DNA of 64,000 nt from Amoebophrya sp. A120 (lineage: Eukaryota; Protista; Dinoflagellata): the NCBI GenBank assembly GCA_905178155.1, contig CAJINV010000002.1, positions 2,636,226 through 2,700,225 of the forward strand, in the 5' to 3' direction. A model generated the notes under the pieces. That model was not told the DNA's origin. It ran no database searches and saw only the letters and a program-made list of their open reading frames with translations. Positions within the stretch are counted from its first letter, which is position 1. Each line of letters begins with the position of its first letter. The position numbers and the translations under genes were made by a program. Below, piece after piece: positions 1-13,735 of this stretch.

Positions 1-1134
1 GGGCAAGCCGATCGCGGATTTGGAGCCGTTTTTGGTAGAGGACATGGGCGGAAAACCGGATTTGCTCAACGCCGCTGATTATCAAATGCAAAAATGTCTG
101 GGTCTGGAAGAATGCAACTTGTAATGCGTATTTCAGAACACCATGCATACGTAGCAAAAGCTCCCACTTTTTGTCAGAAAAATAGGGGACTTGTCATGCG
201 GATTCGGCATTGCGGAAGGTTCTCCAAACCTGTGATGCTAGAGCTTCCATGCCAGCCCTTCTGGGTAATGCAAAAACAGCATGACTCTTCCAGACCCAGA
301 CATTTTTACATTTGATACTGATCAGAAGAACGGGAACCGGGCCGTGCACATCGCCGCGCAGAATGGGCATGAGGAGATCACGAAGTGGCTGATTGGCACG
401 CTGAGTGCGGATGCGAACGCGCAGAATCGGAAGGGGCAGACGCCGTTGCACATGTATAAAATTGTGTTGAATGAACGTGCTTCACCTTTTTATGCATGAC
501 AAACCACGGTTCTGAATGGTACACTCTGCATCACAAATCTATATGGCAAATCAGGTCTATCGAGTACGACTTTTACTTTCAAAACGTTTTTCTCCTGACG
601 TCCGGCGCGGACCAAACCTTAACCAACGCGGACGGGCACCCGGCGATGTTGGGCATCGACGGGAAATATGCATTGCAAATATGTCTGGGTCTGGAAAGTT
701 GGAACTTGTAATGCTGGTCTTGCATTCCTGTCAGATCTGTATTGCATGACTCACAAAAGTCGCAGCCTCTACTGTCATACAAAAACGCAGTTTCTCATGC
801 GGAGCGCGTATGAGGAAGCGTTTTGCAAACGTGTAATGCGTTCCTGCATGAGGGAGCGTTTTCGTCATGCACATTTCAGCATCACAAATTTCCAGACCCA
901 GACATATTTGCATTTGATAGGAAAAAATCCGGGGTGGAGGCCTGGGATCACGCCATGCAGAAGCTGAAGGCCGTCCGGGATGAAGCGAGTATGGAAGACG
1001 CGTTTGCGGCACTGGAAGCGTGCACGGATGAACTGGACAAGGGCATGCTGGGCATGACGGGGATGAAGAAAAAGAAGCAATACAAGGAGTGGTGGGATGT
1101 GAAACGGTTCACGGAAATCATGTCGAAGTTTTGA
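1..1134 (+). CDS. Ankyrin-repeat protein, paralog 1 (5' end outside window; 3 introns)
   Basis: Removing 80-317 and 667-919 (each plus one TSD copy) and GT-AG intron 454-554 gives GKPIADLEPFL...DQKNGNRAVHIAAQNGHEEITKWL...NAQNRKGQTPLHMSIEYDFY...FTEIMSKF*. Has ankyrin TPLH/AA-GH motifs and is colinear with the gene at 2330. Confidence 0.9.
80..317. mobile_element. Introner family A
   Basis: TIR tatcaaatgcaaaaatgtctgggtctggaa; TSD CTGAT. Confidence 0.95.
454..554 (+). other. Canonical GT-AG intron with introner-like internal motifs
   Basis: CAC AT|gtataa...aatcag|G TCT restores HMSIEY; contains gcatgacaaa (494) and gcatcacaaa (528). Confidence 0.85.
667..919. mobile_element. Introner family A
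   Basis: Family A TIRs; TSD GGAAA; restores DGKKSGVE. Confidence 0.95.
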
Positions 1135-2329
1135 TGATAAAGTAAAAACCAAATGGAATGGATCGATAAACGACATATGAAACCGTTTGAGTTTTGACAA
1201 GACATCTACAGGAGCCTGTAGTTCTGCTGGGGGTTACTATTTATGAATTGTAAAAAATGCACCATCTAGTATAGCACGTGCTGTAGTTACAACACATTAG
1301 TCGCGCGCAGCCACGAAGATCCGATTTCTGACCAATCATCCGCCGGCCGAAAACTTTATCTGGGGCAAGTAGCTTGCTTCTCAACAGGAAAAGGCATAGA
1401 CCTTAAAAGTACTAAGTAGTACTCTAGAAAGTAGTTATTTCGCGACCATTTATGATACCTATGATTTTAGGAAGTAGAAGATACTCATTCTCGCCGATCT
1501 ACTACGTCTACCCACGAAGGAACTTGAGAATACAACTTTTTACGCCTGCACATTGCTTGAGCTTCACGCCTGTACAATATTTTGAGCAACGACTCTAAGT
1601 GCATAATTCCAAGGTATGTCCGCATCATGTATCGTCCATTTTGGGAGCGGCAAAGCGCAGGTTTGGTTTTCAATGCTTTGAAAAAGTAGAATCTGCGGTG
1701 TTCAACAAGTACAGCACACGTAATATATTCGACTGCTTAGTCGCGATGTGCAGGGACGAGTCAAAATCATGCATTGTGCAAAAACATTGAATAATCGGTC
1801 TAGAAGAGGTTCATTGCTTGGGCATGTGCTGCATAAATGTCGGTTTTTTTTTTCACCCTTTCCCTGCGTCTACTCGGTGAAGGTGCACACGACCAGAATT
1901 GAGGTCCATGAAAGGACGCACTGGTAGCTCCACATGCGTAAACACGATTCGGTTTCTTTTGTTTTTGTGCATACACTACATCATGATTTCTGTACAAGTA
2001 GTGCAACTGCTGCTTGACACGGTTGTAGTTTATACGGCCCCATGCTTGAAGATATCCCATTCTACTCAACTGGAATCCAAATGTCAATAAATCACAGTTC
2101 TCCCTGGTTGAGAACTCTTTCCCTCAAAAATACGCATCAAACCCCAGTAAGTTTAAGTACAACGTAAGCGTTTAGAATCTGTTTGTTAGTTTCTCCCGCA
2201 CAATTTTTCACTACTTTTGTTGGAAACGCCATCGATCCGTCTTGCAGAGATCAATTTTTTTCCCCCCGGCTGAGTCTGCTTATTTGCAAAAGCAACGAAG
2301 TCAAAAACCCAATCCCAAAACGAGCAATT

Positions 2330-3494
2330 ATGCCAGCGGAAGAAGCGATTCAAAAGTTCCACAGCGCATTGCGCTGGGGAAAGCCGTCGGCCGAGATCGA
2401 ACCGTTCCTCAACGAAGACCCCGCACTGATTGACGCCGAAGACCCGAAGAATGGGAACCACGCACTGCATATGAATTGCAAATATGTCTGGGTCTGGAAG
2501 GTGGTAACTTGTCATGGTAAATCTGAAGCATACAAAAGTCTGTGTTGCATGAGTTCCAGAAGCTGTCCACTTTCGACCAAGTTGGGAGGAAGTTTCTCAT
2601 GCAGGATAGGCATGGCAGAGACCTCATGGGTCATGGAAAATCTGCATGACAAGTTTAGACTCTTCCAGACCCAGACACTTTTGCACTTGATACTCCACAT
2701 CACGGCGCAAAACGGGCACGAGGAGTTGACGAAGTTTTTGGTCGGGAAGGGCGCAAACATCAACGCACAAAACAAGAAGGGCCAGACCGCGTTACACATG
2801 TCAGTCGAGTACGATTTTTACTACCAGAATTTGTTTCTGCTCGAGAACGGCGCAGACAAGACCTTGAAGAACGGGGACGGACATGCCGCCATTCTCGGGA
2901 TCGACGGGGGGAAGTCGGGGGTGGAAGCGTTTGATGGGCCCATGATCAAGTTGAAAGCGATCCGGGATCAGAAGGGAATGGAGGAAGCGTATTTTGATAT
3001 GATTTTGACAATGCATAATTTCATTCAAGTACCCTTCAACTATGGAATTCGATTTGGCATGCAAAATCGAAAACCACATCAAAAAACAGTTTCACCGCCC
3101 TGGAAAACGCCGCTCCAGAACTGGTGGACAAGGCACAACTCGCCCAAGTGGGCATGAAGAAGAAGAAGGAATTTAAAGATTGGTGGGACATGAAACGGTT
3201 TGCGGGGATATCAAATGTAAAAATGTCTGGGTCTGGAAGATTACCAGGTTTGTCATGCACATTTTGCATGACTCCTGATGTCTGTGATGCATGCCCTAGC
3301 ATCACAGATTTTGTGAGGGCTTCCTGATGCCTATACCGCATGACAAATGCTCTTTCCGTGTAGCAAAACTTGGACTCTCTTTGCTGCTCATGCAATACAG
3401 ATTTTTTTAGAATCCAAAATCAGCATGACAAGTTGGATTCTTCCAGACATCCAGGGATTTTTACAGTTGATAGGGGATTATGGGCAAGTTCTAG
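2330..3494 (+). CDS. Ankyrin-repeat protein, paralog 2 (3 introns)
   Basis: MPAEEAIQKFHSALRWGKP...NGNHALHITAQNGHEE...KGQTALHMSVEYDFY...FAGIMGKF* after removing 2470-2692, 2989-3089 and 3209-3472. Confidence 0.92.
2470..2692. mobile_element. Introner family A
   Basis: Family A TIRs; TSD CTGCA/CTCCA (synonymous mismatch). Confidence 0.93.
2989..3089 (+). other. Canonical GT-AG intron with imperfect terminal inverted repeats
   Basis: GC|gtattttgatatgattttg...gaaaaccacatcaaaaaacag|T restores EEAFTALE. Confidence 0.85.
3209..3472. mobile_element. Introner family A
   Basis: Family A TIRs; TSD GGGGA. Confidence 0.93.
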
Positions 3495-4946
3495 GTTTGA
3501 AGAGGTTGAGATAAACAGGAAAGCACATCACCTCTTGGTATATAAAATTTGAAACAAGATCAATCATGTACAGTACAATAAGCTCTAGCTCTTTGACGTT
3601 GACGTCGAGACAGCTCGTTCTAGAAAACCGTACACTGCATCTACTTGTTGGCAGCACGCAAGGGCTTCCTGCTTGTGGTTAAGGTCTCAGCGATTTTTGA
3701 TCTCAGCAGACGCTCGGCCTGCTCAGGGACGATGTTGTGTGGCGAGCTGAATCTTCTCCGGTTTTTGTTTTGTAAATAAATAAGGTTAAATCTTCGTAAA
3801 AAATACCAGTCCAACAGGAACAGCTACAGCACAGCAAGTAGCACCTTCACGACGCACAGCAGAGAGGCACCACATAACCACACCGATTCGCGACATGATC
3901 ATATGCAAGATTTTTTGTAAAGATGGCATAGCAGACACAGACTGGCACTATCAGCGTTAAGAAAATATTAAGCGAGTACAAGAGGATTTTTTTACCATTG
4001 TTGCACAATAATTGGAAAGGGGGTGGACGGATTCGGTTCTGTCTCACAACCTGATTCTGAGAAATGTAAATTTTCGATAGCCTGTAGTACTTGTTGAACA
4101 TGGTGGTTTCCTCGCGATGAACGGATAATGAATGTTTTCATGAATGTTTTCCAAAACCCACAGTTTTTCACCGATTTCGCCTTCACAACTGTACTGCTCT
4201 ATAGAACCCAAGTCCTGAATCATCTTCATCTGAAATCCGTGCGTTCCTTCCAACGCAGTGGCGGCAAAAATGCGAGCGGTGTTAAGTGGTCTTTAATGTT
4301 CACCTGCGTGGTCCCCAGTCTGAACATCTTCTGTGAAAAAAAGAAAAACGGTTCAACAGCCAGCTATGCTTCCTCTCTCGATGGCAGGGCGAATAGAGCC
4401 TAAAAACGTTTGATTGCAGCAACTTTCGGTCTATTTTTTCAACAACAAGAAGAATCTGTGTCGAACGAGCAAAACAGAAAGGAAAGTCTCTCTCCACAGA
4501 TCGGCACCGAGATTTATTTGAAGGATTTCTGTCCGCTTAGAAGTACACGCAGTATGAACTACGAAAATGATGTAAGTTGCTACATGGTTGCGTCGCTAGT
4601 CCTACTCCATCTCGCAACATCATCGCTTGCTTCATCCGCAACAGCCTCACTGTACCCATATTGTATGTAACATGTACCCATTCTCCTGTAATATGCGCAC
4701 TTCTTTAAGTACCCCAGTTTTTATGATCACAGTTCAACATAATTCTCGACATTCGCATTACGATTACGCGCGCGCTGACATAATTCCCATCGTGGATCAT
4801 GGTTTAGTTCTCCAGGATCACCGCTCCCTGGTGGAGCGCAAGGTTTGTGCTACCTAGAGGGTACTTGCCCTCTTGTTCCATGGTAGGTGAAATTCCAAGA
4901 ATTTTTCACTGGTAGAGTACAGTAAGTTTACGCGCAACATCAAAGT

Positions 4947-7900
4947 ATGAACAAAGAAGACGCAGACGCTATTTCCCCCAACATGGTAGAAGGCAGAGAC
5001 AGATCCCCAAGCAACAGCCCTGGCAACGCAGTGTGTAGTACAACTTCCGAAAACAACACAGCCACAAACGGTGTTGTTCCGCAGGAATCTTCTTTACCGC
5101 CGCAAGAGGACCAGCTGCAACAGGTTGACAGCAATCTCCCCGCGGGAGGCCGGATAGTAAACTCCAACCGGCACCACAAGCCACGAAGAAGATCGGACCG
5201 CAATGACAAGAAGCTCCACCAACACTTATTGCAGACTAGTAAGGACAAAGCTAGTTCTAGAGCGGGACAACATCAAGCAGTTATTTCACCGACGTCGAAT
5301 AACGGACACCAGCTGCAGCTGCACCACCCCCAGCAGGCCCAGCACACGGCGAACAGTGTTGCGGATCTGTCTGCGCTCGAGCAGGAGGAAGAGGACCAGG
5401 CTTACTTTTCGGAGCCGGAGGAATTGCAGCGAGGGCGGAAAAGCACCAGCTTGTTTTCCGACGTACTGTCCACAAACACGGAAAATGTGCTGCTGCAGCA
5501 GCACAATTCCTCCTCCGGAGGTGCGGTGGGTGGCGGTAGAAATAATCGAACTGTTAATAACCAGAACGGAATGATTGTGACCACAACAACTCCAAGAAAA
5601 GGGCCACCGGTAGAGCAGCTACCGGTCGGGCAGCAACTCCGAGGTGATCTCTTGCAAAAGCCGATAATGGGTGGAGAAATCATACACAACTCTGGTCTCG
5701 TTGTTCCTGTTGCAGTATTAAATCTTCATGACCTGTCCCAAGATTTAGAGCACACAGAAGAACACGAGCCTTCTACCAACACGCTGCCTGAACAATCAAC
5801 CTCTTCCGCTTCTTCGGCAATTATTATGGGGGATGAAGACGATGGTGATCATGTGGCACTCACAGAACAAGCATCACATGCCAACTTTGCTGGTGAGGTT
5901 CCCGATGCACAGACAGATGCTCACCTCCAGGCACAACAGCAGTTCCTGCACAACGGAGTTCTTCCACAGCAACAGCCGCAGCAGCAAGAAGATACCTTTT
6001 CCAACTCTTCTTCAGCCGATGACATGTTTGGCACCGGACGGTGGCTGGACTCTGCGGAGGATAACCCCAACGCGTTCCTCTCGTCTTTCCCGAATATGGA
6101 TGACGTTGTGGATAGACTGAGGAACAGCGATAATAATCATCATCGTGGTAACGACCAAAACACAGCGGCGTCCGTTGTTGGAAGCAGTAGAGGTGGGAGC
6201 AGGGAGATCGACAATTTGTCAGGCATAATACCTCCGACGCACAACGATAACTCCAGTTCCGCAGTGACTTCTGCTACAGTGTCAAAGGAGATTTTGATGA
6301 ACGGAAGCGGGCAACCACATCTGCAACACGAGCAGCCGCTGTTTGGCAGGAACATTTCCACATCAGAAGACACGGGAACTACGACCTTACGACACGAAGG
6401 ACATCAACCGGTATTAAGCAGTAACATCACCATAGCGACGAGCCAGCACGACATCAAATCCCGACGGTCTTCGACTTCCCACGTCTCGACGCAAAGGTCA
6501 CGAGCTGCGTCAAATCGCCGGTTCAGTGTGAACTCCATGGACGGCGTGGTTTCGACGAGTAATAATTCGGTCACACAGGAGCAGGATCAGCAATACCCAT
6601 TATATCCAGATTCTACTTCGCATCAAGTAGATCATAATGCCTTCGAGGATCAGCATGCGATCATGAACAACGCCGATAACAATTACGCCTACGACCCCGT
6701 TCTTGACCCGGATGTAGAGGATCAACTTCCCCCCATAGCGACCAAAACACCGCTCCCGCCGGACAAATCTTTCTACATCTCCGGTGACCAACAGCAACTC
6801 CGGTCCACGCCGATCTCGCCGCCGACAGATTCGCTTTACAACCAACGAAGCTATTTCACAGCTGTGTTAGGGGAGAAACCTTTGAAACGGAATAACTCCG
6901 ACGCGAATCCGAGCAGTCTGGCAGGGACGATCGGAATTGCACCGACGGGCGATCTAGACGACACGGACGCTGCCCCCTTACCGAGAACGCTGGTATTGGA
7001 TTCCCTGACGGAGGAAATGCCGGGGGACTTGTCGAAAAGTTCTAGTCATTCCCAGCAGGGAATGATGCAGGTAGTGTTTTCAAATTCAACACCTGGCGGG
7101 GGAGTGAATACGAATAGCGATGAACAACATCATCAGCTCATAGACAGCATTGATGGGGCTCCCGCTCCTTCTCCCGCTGGTATAGAACCTTTGTTCCCGC
7201 CATTGCAAACCAGCATGCAGCTAGCCGAGCACGAACAACGGAGCGAAATGCAGCTGGTGATAGGGGGCGGGGCCGGCGTCGTCCCTACAGAGGAACGAAT
7301 ACGCTCTTTGGAGCATTCGGGATTGATTGTCCAACAACAGTCCTCTGGATCTGCTAGTGCAACTTCTATACCACCAGCGGGAGGACAACTGGTACATCAA
7401 AACCAGCACTTTTACCACACGGCAGGAGTGGTAGACCCGAGGATCTCCACGCGTACCAACAATTCGGTGCAGAGTCACTACTCCACCGCAACAACAGTGG
7501 ATCCGAGTGGAATTATGAGAACGGCGCAGCAGCGAGATGAAAACGAAAACCAAAGTCCTGTTTTCCATCAACATCCTCCTACTGGGACCACGACGCTGCT
7601 GATGACCAAAAACCGGGCCACTTCCAGAAGCGGCATATTGCAGGAGGAGGAGGACGTCGAGGAGGTGTTAGTAGGTGGCACGAAGCAGAGTTCTACAACT
7701 TCTGGGTTCTATAATCCTGGACCGTCTGGGCCTGGGGGTCCACCGCCAAGCAGCTACGGAACTTCTTCTGTGCCGGGCGCAGTAGTAATAGATCCGCGGC
7801 TGAGTCAGCAGTCGATCTATGGAAGTACGAAAGTCGAGATGAACATTTATTCGGGTAATCATCAACACAAGAGCGCCGGGGTGGTGACCAGTCGGGATCA

Positions 7901-10900
7901 ACATCCTTCTGGGTTTCAACTACAGCCAGGAACATCAGGAACGACAGCTGCAGCAGTTCTTGGAGGACCTCAATCCTCTCACATGAGCACCACCAACAAC
8001 CGCATCATACCAGTTCCCTCGCCAGCCATTCAGTACGCGACCTTGACATTGAACGACGAGCAGCACTACCTGATTCCGGTGGAAAAAATGAGCGAGTTTT
8101 CGTATCGAGCGACTGTAGAAGCAGGACTACAGGGAAGACTTGGCCCGGCAGGTAATAGTGTTTCTCCTGCTGCGGCTGCGCAACAGGAACAAATGCAACT
8201 GCAGAATCAGACTGCAAAGCGTCCTTCCAGCAGAATAACGCACCGCCCGTCTCCGATTCTAACCGCTATTGCTAGTAACAACAATCCACCCACATCAGCG
8301 ACGTCGTTTTCCAGCCCACCCATGCAACATCCCTTGACGGCGCCGCATGCCGGGCGAGTTGTAGATACGCAACATCAACAAGTGCTTTACCAGCAGCCAA
8401 ATATGAAAGGCGTCTTGCCGGCAGCATCAGGTGGCGCAAGTGCTTCGAGTCAGTTCGAACCTAGTCCGAGTTTGCAGCCACAGAAACAACTGCAGCACGA
8501 ACAGCTGTCCTCGGGTGCAGCGTCAAGTTCCGTGGCGCCGCAAGTCCTCCTCGAGCAGCAGCCGTATCATCCTCACCACCTTCCGCAGGTGTCCTTTTTC
8601 CACTGGCTCGGCCGGGAAGTGACCGGGGAATCGGATGCTCCCTCGCCCTACTACAAGTACAGCCGGGCGCTGCACTTGGAGGATTTGATGCGCACCCCGT
8701 GGCGGTTGGAGAAGACGCTGCTCTTCGGGATGTTTCTCTGCCTCGACGCGCTTTTGCACGAACTGACGTTTATGCCGATAAACGTGTTGCGGAGCGTACT
8801 GTTTGGGTCAACAAGCTCGCCGTCAACAGAGGCGACGAGCGCTGGTATTAAGAGCAAAAGTAAACAATCGTCGACAGGAACGGCGAATAGTAACCCTACC
8901 CAGAGCAAGAAAAGTGGAAGCAAGCAGGAGATTGGTGGGGGAACAAGTACTGCAGTTTCAAGTGTCAAGGACGGCGGTGCAACAGCAGGCGGGGTTACAA
9001 GTGGGGCTAGTACACCAGGTGAAAGCAGTGCTCCGACCGGAGACAACCTCGTGCACGGGACAACCCATACTGGGACGACGAGTACAGCAACAAATAACCC
9101 CGCCTCGTCATCAACATCCCTTGTGGTCGTGCCCAGTAACAACAAAGCAACTTCTTCGGTAACAGCAGCAGGAGGAGGAGGCAACACAACTACAACTAGC
9201 TCCACAACTTCCAGCATAGAGAAGTCCGAGACTTTCCGGCTCACTTTGCTCCTGCTCAACTCGCTGCTGGTGCTCTACTTGATTGATTTCTCCTTTCTCT
9301 ACCACTACATTCGGTCGCAGTCGTTCATGAAATTGTACGTCTTCTTCAACATGTTGGAGATCATCGAGCGGTTGTTGCGGTTATGCATTGCAAATATGTC
9401 TGGGTCTGGAAGGTTGCAACTTGTAATGCTAACTCTGGATCATCCAAAAATCTTTGTTGCATGAATGCCAAAACTTGTCCACTTTTGACGAAGTTGAGAG
9501 GAAGTTTCTCATGCAGAATAGGCATGATAGGGCTCTCACAGAATCTGTCATGCTAGGTGCTGCATTCCAGACGACATGGATCATGGAAAATCTGCATGAC
9601 AAGTCTCGGAATCTTCCAGACCCAGATATATTTGCAATTGATAGCGGTCGCTCGGCAACGATTTTTTCGACGTCTTGCTCGAACCAACCGGCGGGGCAGA
9701 TAGTTCTTCAAGTGGAGCAGGTACTACTACTTCTGGAGGCGCGGTGCAGAGGGAGAAGTCTGGAGAAATGGCCGGTCGGGATTCGCATATGCATTCGCAA
9801 ATATGTCTGGGTCTGGAAGAATGCAACTTGTGACGCAAATTTGAGATAACACAAAGATCTGTCATGCCTAGACAGCAAATGCGGCTCAGAACTTGGCACT
9901 AAAAGCGGGGGTTTGTCATGCGGATTAGGTATTGAGACACCTTCTCAAGACGTGTGATGCTAGGGCTTGCATGCCAGACCTCCTGGGTCATGCAAGAGCA
10001 GCATGAGAAACATCTACACTCATCTAGACCCAGACACATTTGCACTGGATATCGCAACTGAGACGGCAACTAAGCCAAGGCGGAGCAGGGGCTCAACACG
10101 GAACAACGTCGTGTATGAGATTGCACAACTCCCCCTTCCCCTCATTTGTAATGCAAAATACCAAATCCACCCTGTGGCTCTTGGCACTTTTTGCATGACA
10201 AGTTCTGGCAGCCCAAATAGCACTACATTTCTGTGCAAATTTGTCATGCAAAACCTGCGTTCTTGTTGACACTTGTATTGCTGTTCATGCTATACAAATG
10301 AGGGGGAGGGGGAGTTGTGCACTGTTATATCGTCAAGAGGTAGGCTATTGACCTCCGGAACCCTTACCGCGCAAAGCCCAAAACAGGGCGGCCGGAGCTC
10401 GCCAAAACAGAGTGTGGTCTCCACGTCGAGCGGCGCTGGGTTTCTTGGGATGCAAAATGTTACAGCTATATCTAGTCATGATCACCAACAGTTTCAGCCG
10501 CGGGTTTCGCAGAGAAGTAGTGGAAATCCTTCTTCAACAACACGATCGCCACTGAAGCAGCAGGGAACAACAAACAACAATTTCACAGCTTTAGCGCAGC
10601 ACCAGTCCACCTCTTCACAGGAGCACCAGGCAGGCAGTAGTACAAATTCAAACTTCGCTTTGAACCAGCAAAGAATCAGCACGATATCCACTTCGTCGTA
10701 CGAGTCGACTGGTGTTGGTCAGCAGCAGATGCAGGTCAACGCCGCGGCTCACACTTCTCAACAGCGCCCGAACCACGGCAGCAGTTACTTGAGTCAGTCG
10801 GCCGGCGCGAACGTATTACAGAAGGAGATCCAGCTGGTGAATTTGCAATTGGGCAGCGTAAGCGCCGGTGGGCATCAGCTCACGCAAGACCGAAGTAAAC

Positions 10901-12796
10901 TCACCGCGAGCTCTTCCAATGCGCCGACGTCTCCGATTTCGAGTCCGATCTCCAGCCAGAGCAGCAAATCGGTGCCGGCGTCTCCAGTGGGGAGCAAGGG
11001 GACGACAGGTATGTTTGAACTGTCGGAGATGAGTGGTCATCAGTTTAATAACATGTTGCCAGGAGAACAACACCAGCTGGTAGGCAGTAGTAGTACCAGT
11101 GGTCTTCGAAGGCTCTCGAAGCACAGCTCAGCCAGCAAGACGTCCGGAACGTCGACCGCTAGGGAATTACAACAGCAAAACCGGGCAACGGAGATGAAAA
11201 TGAGCGGCAATAGCAGTAGTGGTGGAACACCAACTTCTTCCTCCTCGAATCAGTTACACCAGCCGCAACTTCTGTCATCTACTTCTGGCATCAATTACAA
11301 CAACAGCTCGAACAAAACATCAAGTCACTACCAACCCGCGGCGATTTTCGCGCCACTCTACTATTTCCTCCTTTCGAGTGACTACTTTTCCGTCATTCGA
11401 CTACTCTTCACGGTGTTGTACTGTGCTGTGCACACGATAATGCACATCGTCCGCATTTTGCTACTCAACATTGCGCTCAATTCCCCGGGAGACTCCTCCG
11501 CGATGTTTTTGCTCATCGTCACCAACAACTTTGGGGAATTGAAATCCACCGTGTTCAAGCGGTACGACGGGAAGGGTTTGTTCGTCATCATGGCCAGCGA
11601 CATGGTGGAGCGGACCTACCTGCTGGTGGATATTCTGTTGGTGCTGGCGCGACTCTACTTCTCGCCGCGAAACAATTTCACCAACGTGAGCTCCTCCACC
11701 GTCGCGTCCCAGGGCAGCAGCGAGATCGCGTTCTGGCTGAGTCTCATGATCGTCATGGAGATTGGGGTGGATATGGAACTGTCAGGATTGAAATGGACAA
11801 AGTTGAAAAATTTGTGATGCATAGAACCGATACCACTTGGAAGCCCAATTTCCAAGCGGCGCATGACAAATTTCGACGTCATCATAATCCAGTTTGTGAT
11901 GCTGTTTAGCGAAAGAAGGCGTCCTTTGTCATGCTACTTCAGCAGCTCTATCCCAAACCCGAAACAGGCTCACAAGCGGCCTCACATGCAATCCCTGCAA
12001 GACAGTCACCTCGTGCCTTGCATTTTATGCATCGCAGATTATTTCAACTCTGTCGATTTCAATCCTGACGCTTCCATAGTGGACTGGTTTAAGTTGTCCT
12101 TTATCACCAAAGCGAACTCGTTACCCGTCTCCACGTTCGACTACTACAAGGACGTGTTGGTGATGGACGTGCTCGGTAGCCGCAGCACCTCGAGCAGCAG
12201 TGGCGGTGGCACCAGTGCGGGCAACAGCAACTCGCAGATCGAATCGCCGTTTCGGGGCGTGTATCAAATGCAAATATGTCTGGGTCTGGAAGATTCCGAG
12301 ACTTGTCATGCAGATTTTCCATACCCCATGCTGTCTAGAATGCAGGACCTAGCATGAGAGATTCTGTGAGCAGATCCCTATCATGCCCATCTTGCATGAG
12401 AAACTTTCTCTCATTCAACTTGGTCAAAAGTGGCCAACTTTTGGTATTCATGCAACACAGATTTTTGCACGATCCAGAATTAGCATTACAAGTTGCAGCG
12501 TTCCAGAGGACCCAGACATATTTGCATTTGATAGTGTGTACGGGTACGCCCACATCCCCGTGCGGCGGATCGGGTTTGTGGCCCTGCCGTTGACGAGCAT
12601 GGTCGTGTGTCACCTGCCGATCTTGCTCAAGTGGTACCCGAACGTGCGCACGCGGCTGTTGCTGCTGGCGCTGTGGTGGGTCAACGCGGTTTTGCTGAAG
12701 ATCCTCAGCAGCATCCTCCTGTCCGGCTACAGTGTAAGGCGGGCGGTGAATCTCGGGAAACTGCCGGAAACCTTCTACCACATCAAGGCGCTGTGA
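4947..12796 (+). CDS. TAPT1: TAPT1/Emp65-family multipass membrane protein with long Q/S-rich low-complexity extensions (5 introner introns)
   Basis: Motifs PWRLEKTLLFGMFLCLDALL, YHYIRSQSFMKLYVFFNMLEI, TNNFGELKSTVFKRYD, ASDMVER, EIGVDWFKLSFITK, RRIGFVALPL; frame continuous after element removal. Confidence 0.85.
9382..9643. mobile_element. Introner family A
   Basis: TIRs; TSD GCGGT; restores LRSLGNDFFD. Confidence 0.95.
9788..10051. mobile_element. Introner family A
   Basis: TIRs; TSD TCGCA. Confidence 0.93.
10114..10329. mobile_element. Introner family B
   Basis: TIR tatgagattgcacaactccccc / gggggagttgtgcactgttata; TSD TCGTG/TCGTC. Confidence 0.88.
11772..12078. mobile_element. Introner family C
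   Basis: TIR tatggaactgtcaggattgaaat; TSD GTGGA; restores GVDWFK. Confidence 0.95.
12262..12533. mobile_element. Introner family A (reverse orientation relative to 9382)
   Basis: TIRs; TSD GCGTG/GTGTG. Confidence 0.93.
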
Positions 12797-13735
12797 TAAT
12801 TCCAGATATGAAAGCTTTTGTTTTCACAAATTGCATTTTCACAGTTTATCAGATTGAAAGCACACCAGCGCCACCGCCATCTGCGATCTCCGTTGTAAAG
12901 TACTTGGCGAATACTACAGGAACAACTCGAAACTGTTACTCCACGCAAAAACAAGTATCGAAAAACGTGAAAACAAGAAGAAAATACGCTCAAATAGTTA
13001 GTACAGGAACCGGCGAACGAAAACGATACAGAATTATCGTGAATAAAAGGAGTAGATGAAGCCCAAACGTACAGGCGCACTTATTTGCCGCTTGTCGCTG
13101 CCTTGTTCTCGTCTTCGTCTTATCGTTCTTACCGATGGCGTGTATCACAATTCTACGCAGGACAGATTTATTTCGATTTATTGAGCCGCATACTAACTAC
13201 GTTCGTCCGAGAAAAAAAAAAACGCGAACAGCTTCTGTCCTACTTGTTCAAATGTCGTGACTTGTTTTCTCTTGCTTCGTTCAACACTTAGGGCTTGTCA
13301 CTGTTTCTGTGCCCGAGCTCGGTTTTCTTCGTCAAACCCGTTCAATACTTCGTGCGCCCCCGCCCTCGTTCACTCGTCCGATACAGGAAAATACCGCTCG
13401 TCCTCCGATGCGAATAAACAAGAGACAATTTTTATGCCGGAGAGTGCATTTTGTTTGAGCACTGCACCCATTACGGACCGTCGTTATGTTTTTGCCCTGT
13501 TTAGAACAAGTCGAAGTTCTGAATCAGCTTCCATACGACCAACATCATTCGTGGACTAAATCTAAACCAAACAGGTGAATCAACTAATCGAGCAACTACA
13601 ATTGCCACCCCGCATTGCACTTGCAAGATTTGAATCACGAAACCTACTTCGGTAATAATTTTCGTATCAGCATTAGCTACCGCTCGCTTTCTTCCTTTTT
13701 TCAAATTTCAATATCGGAGATACTATCAAATAAAC

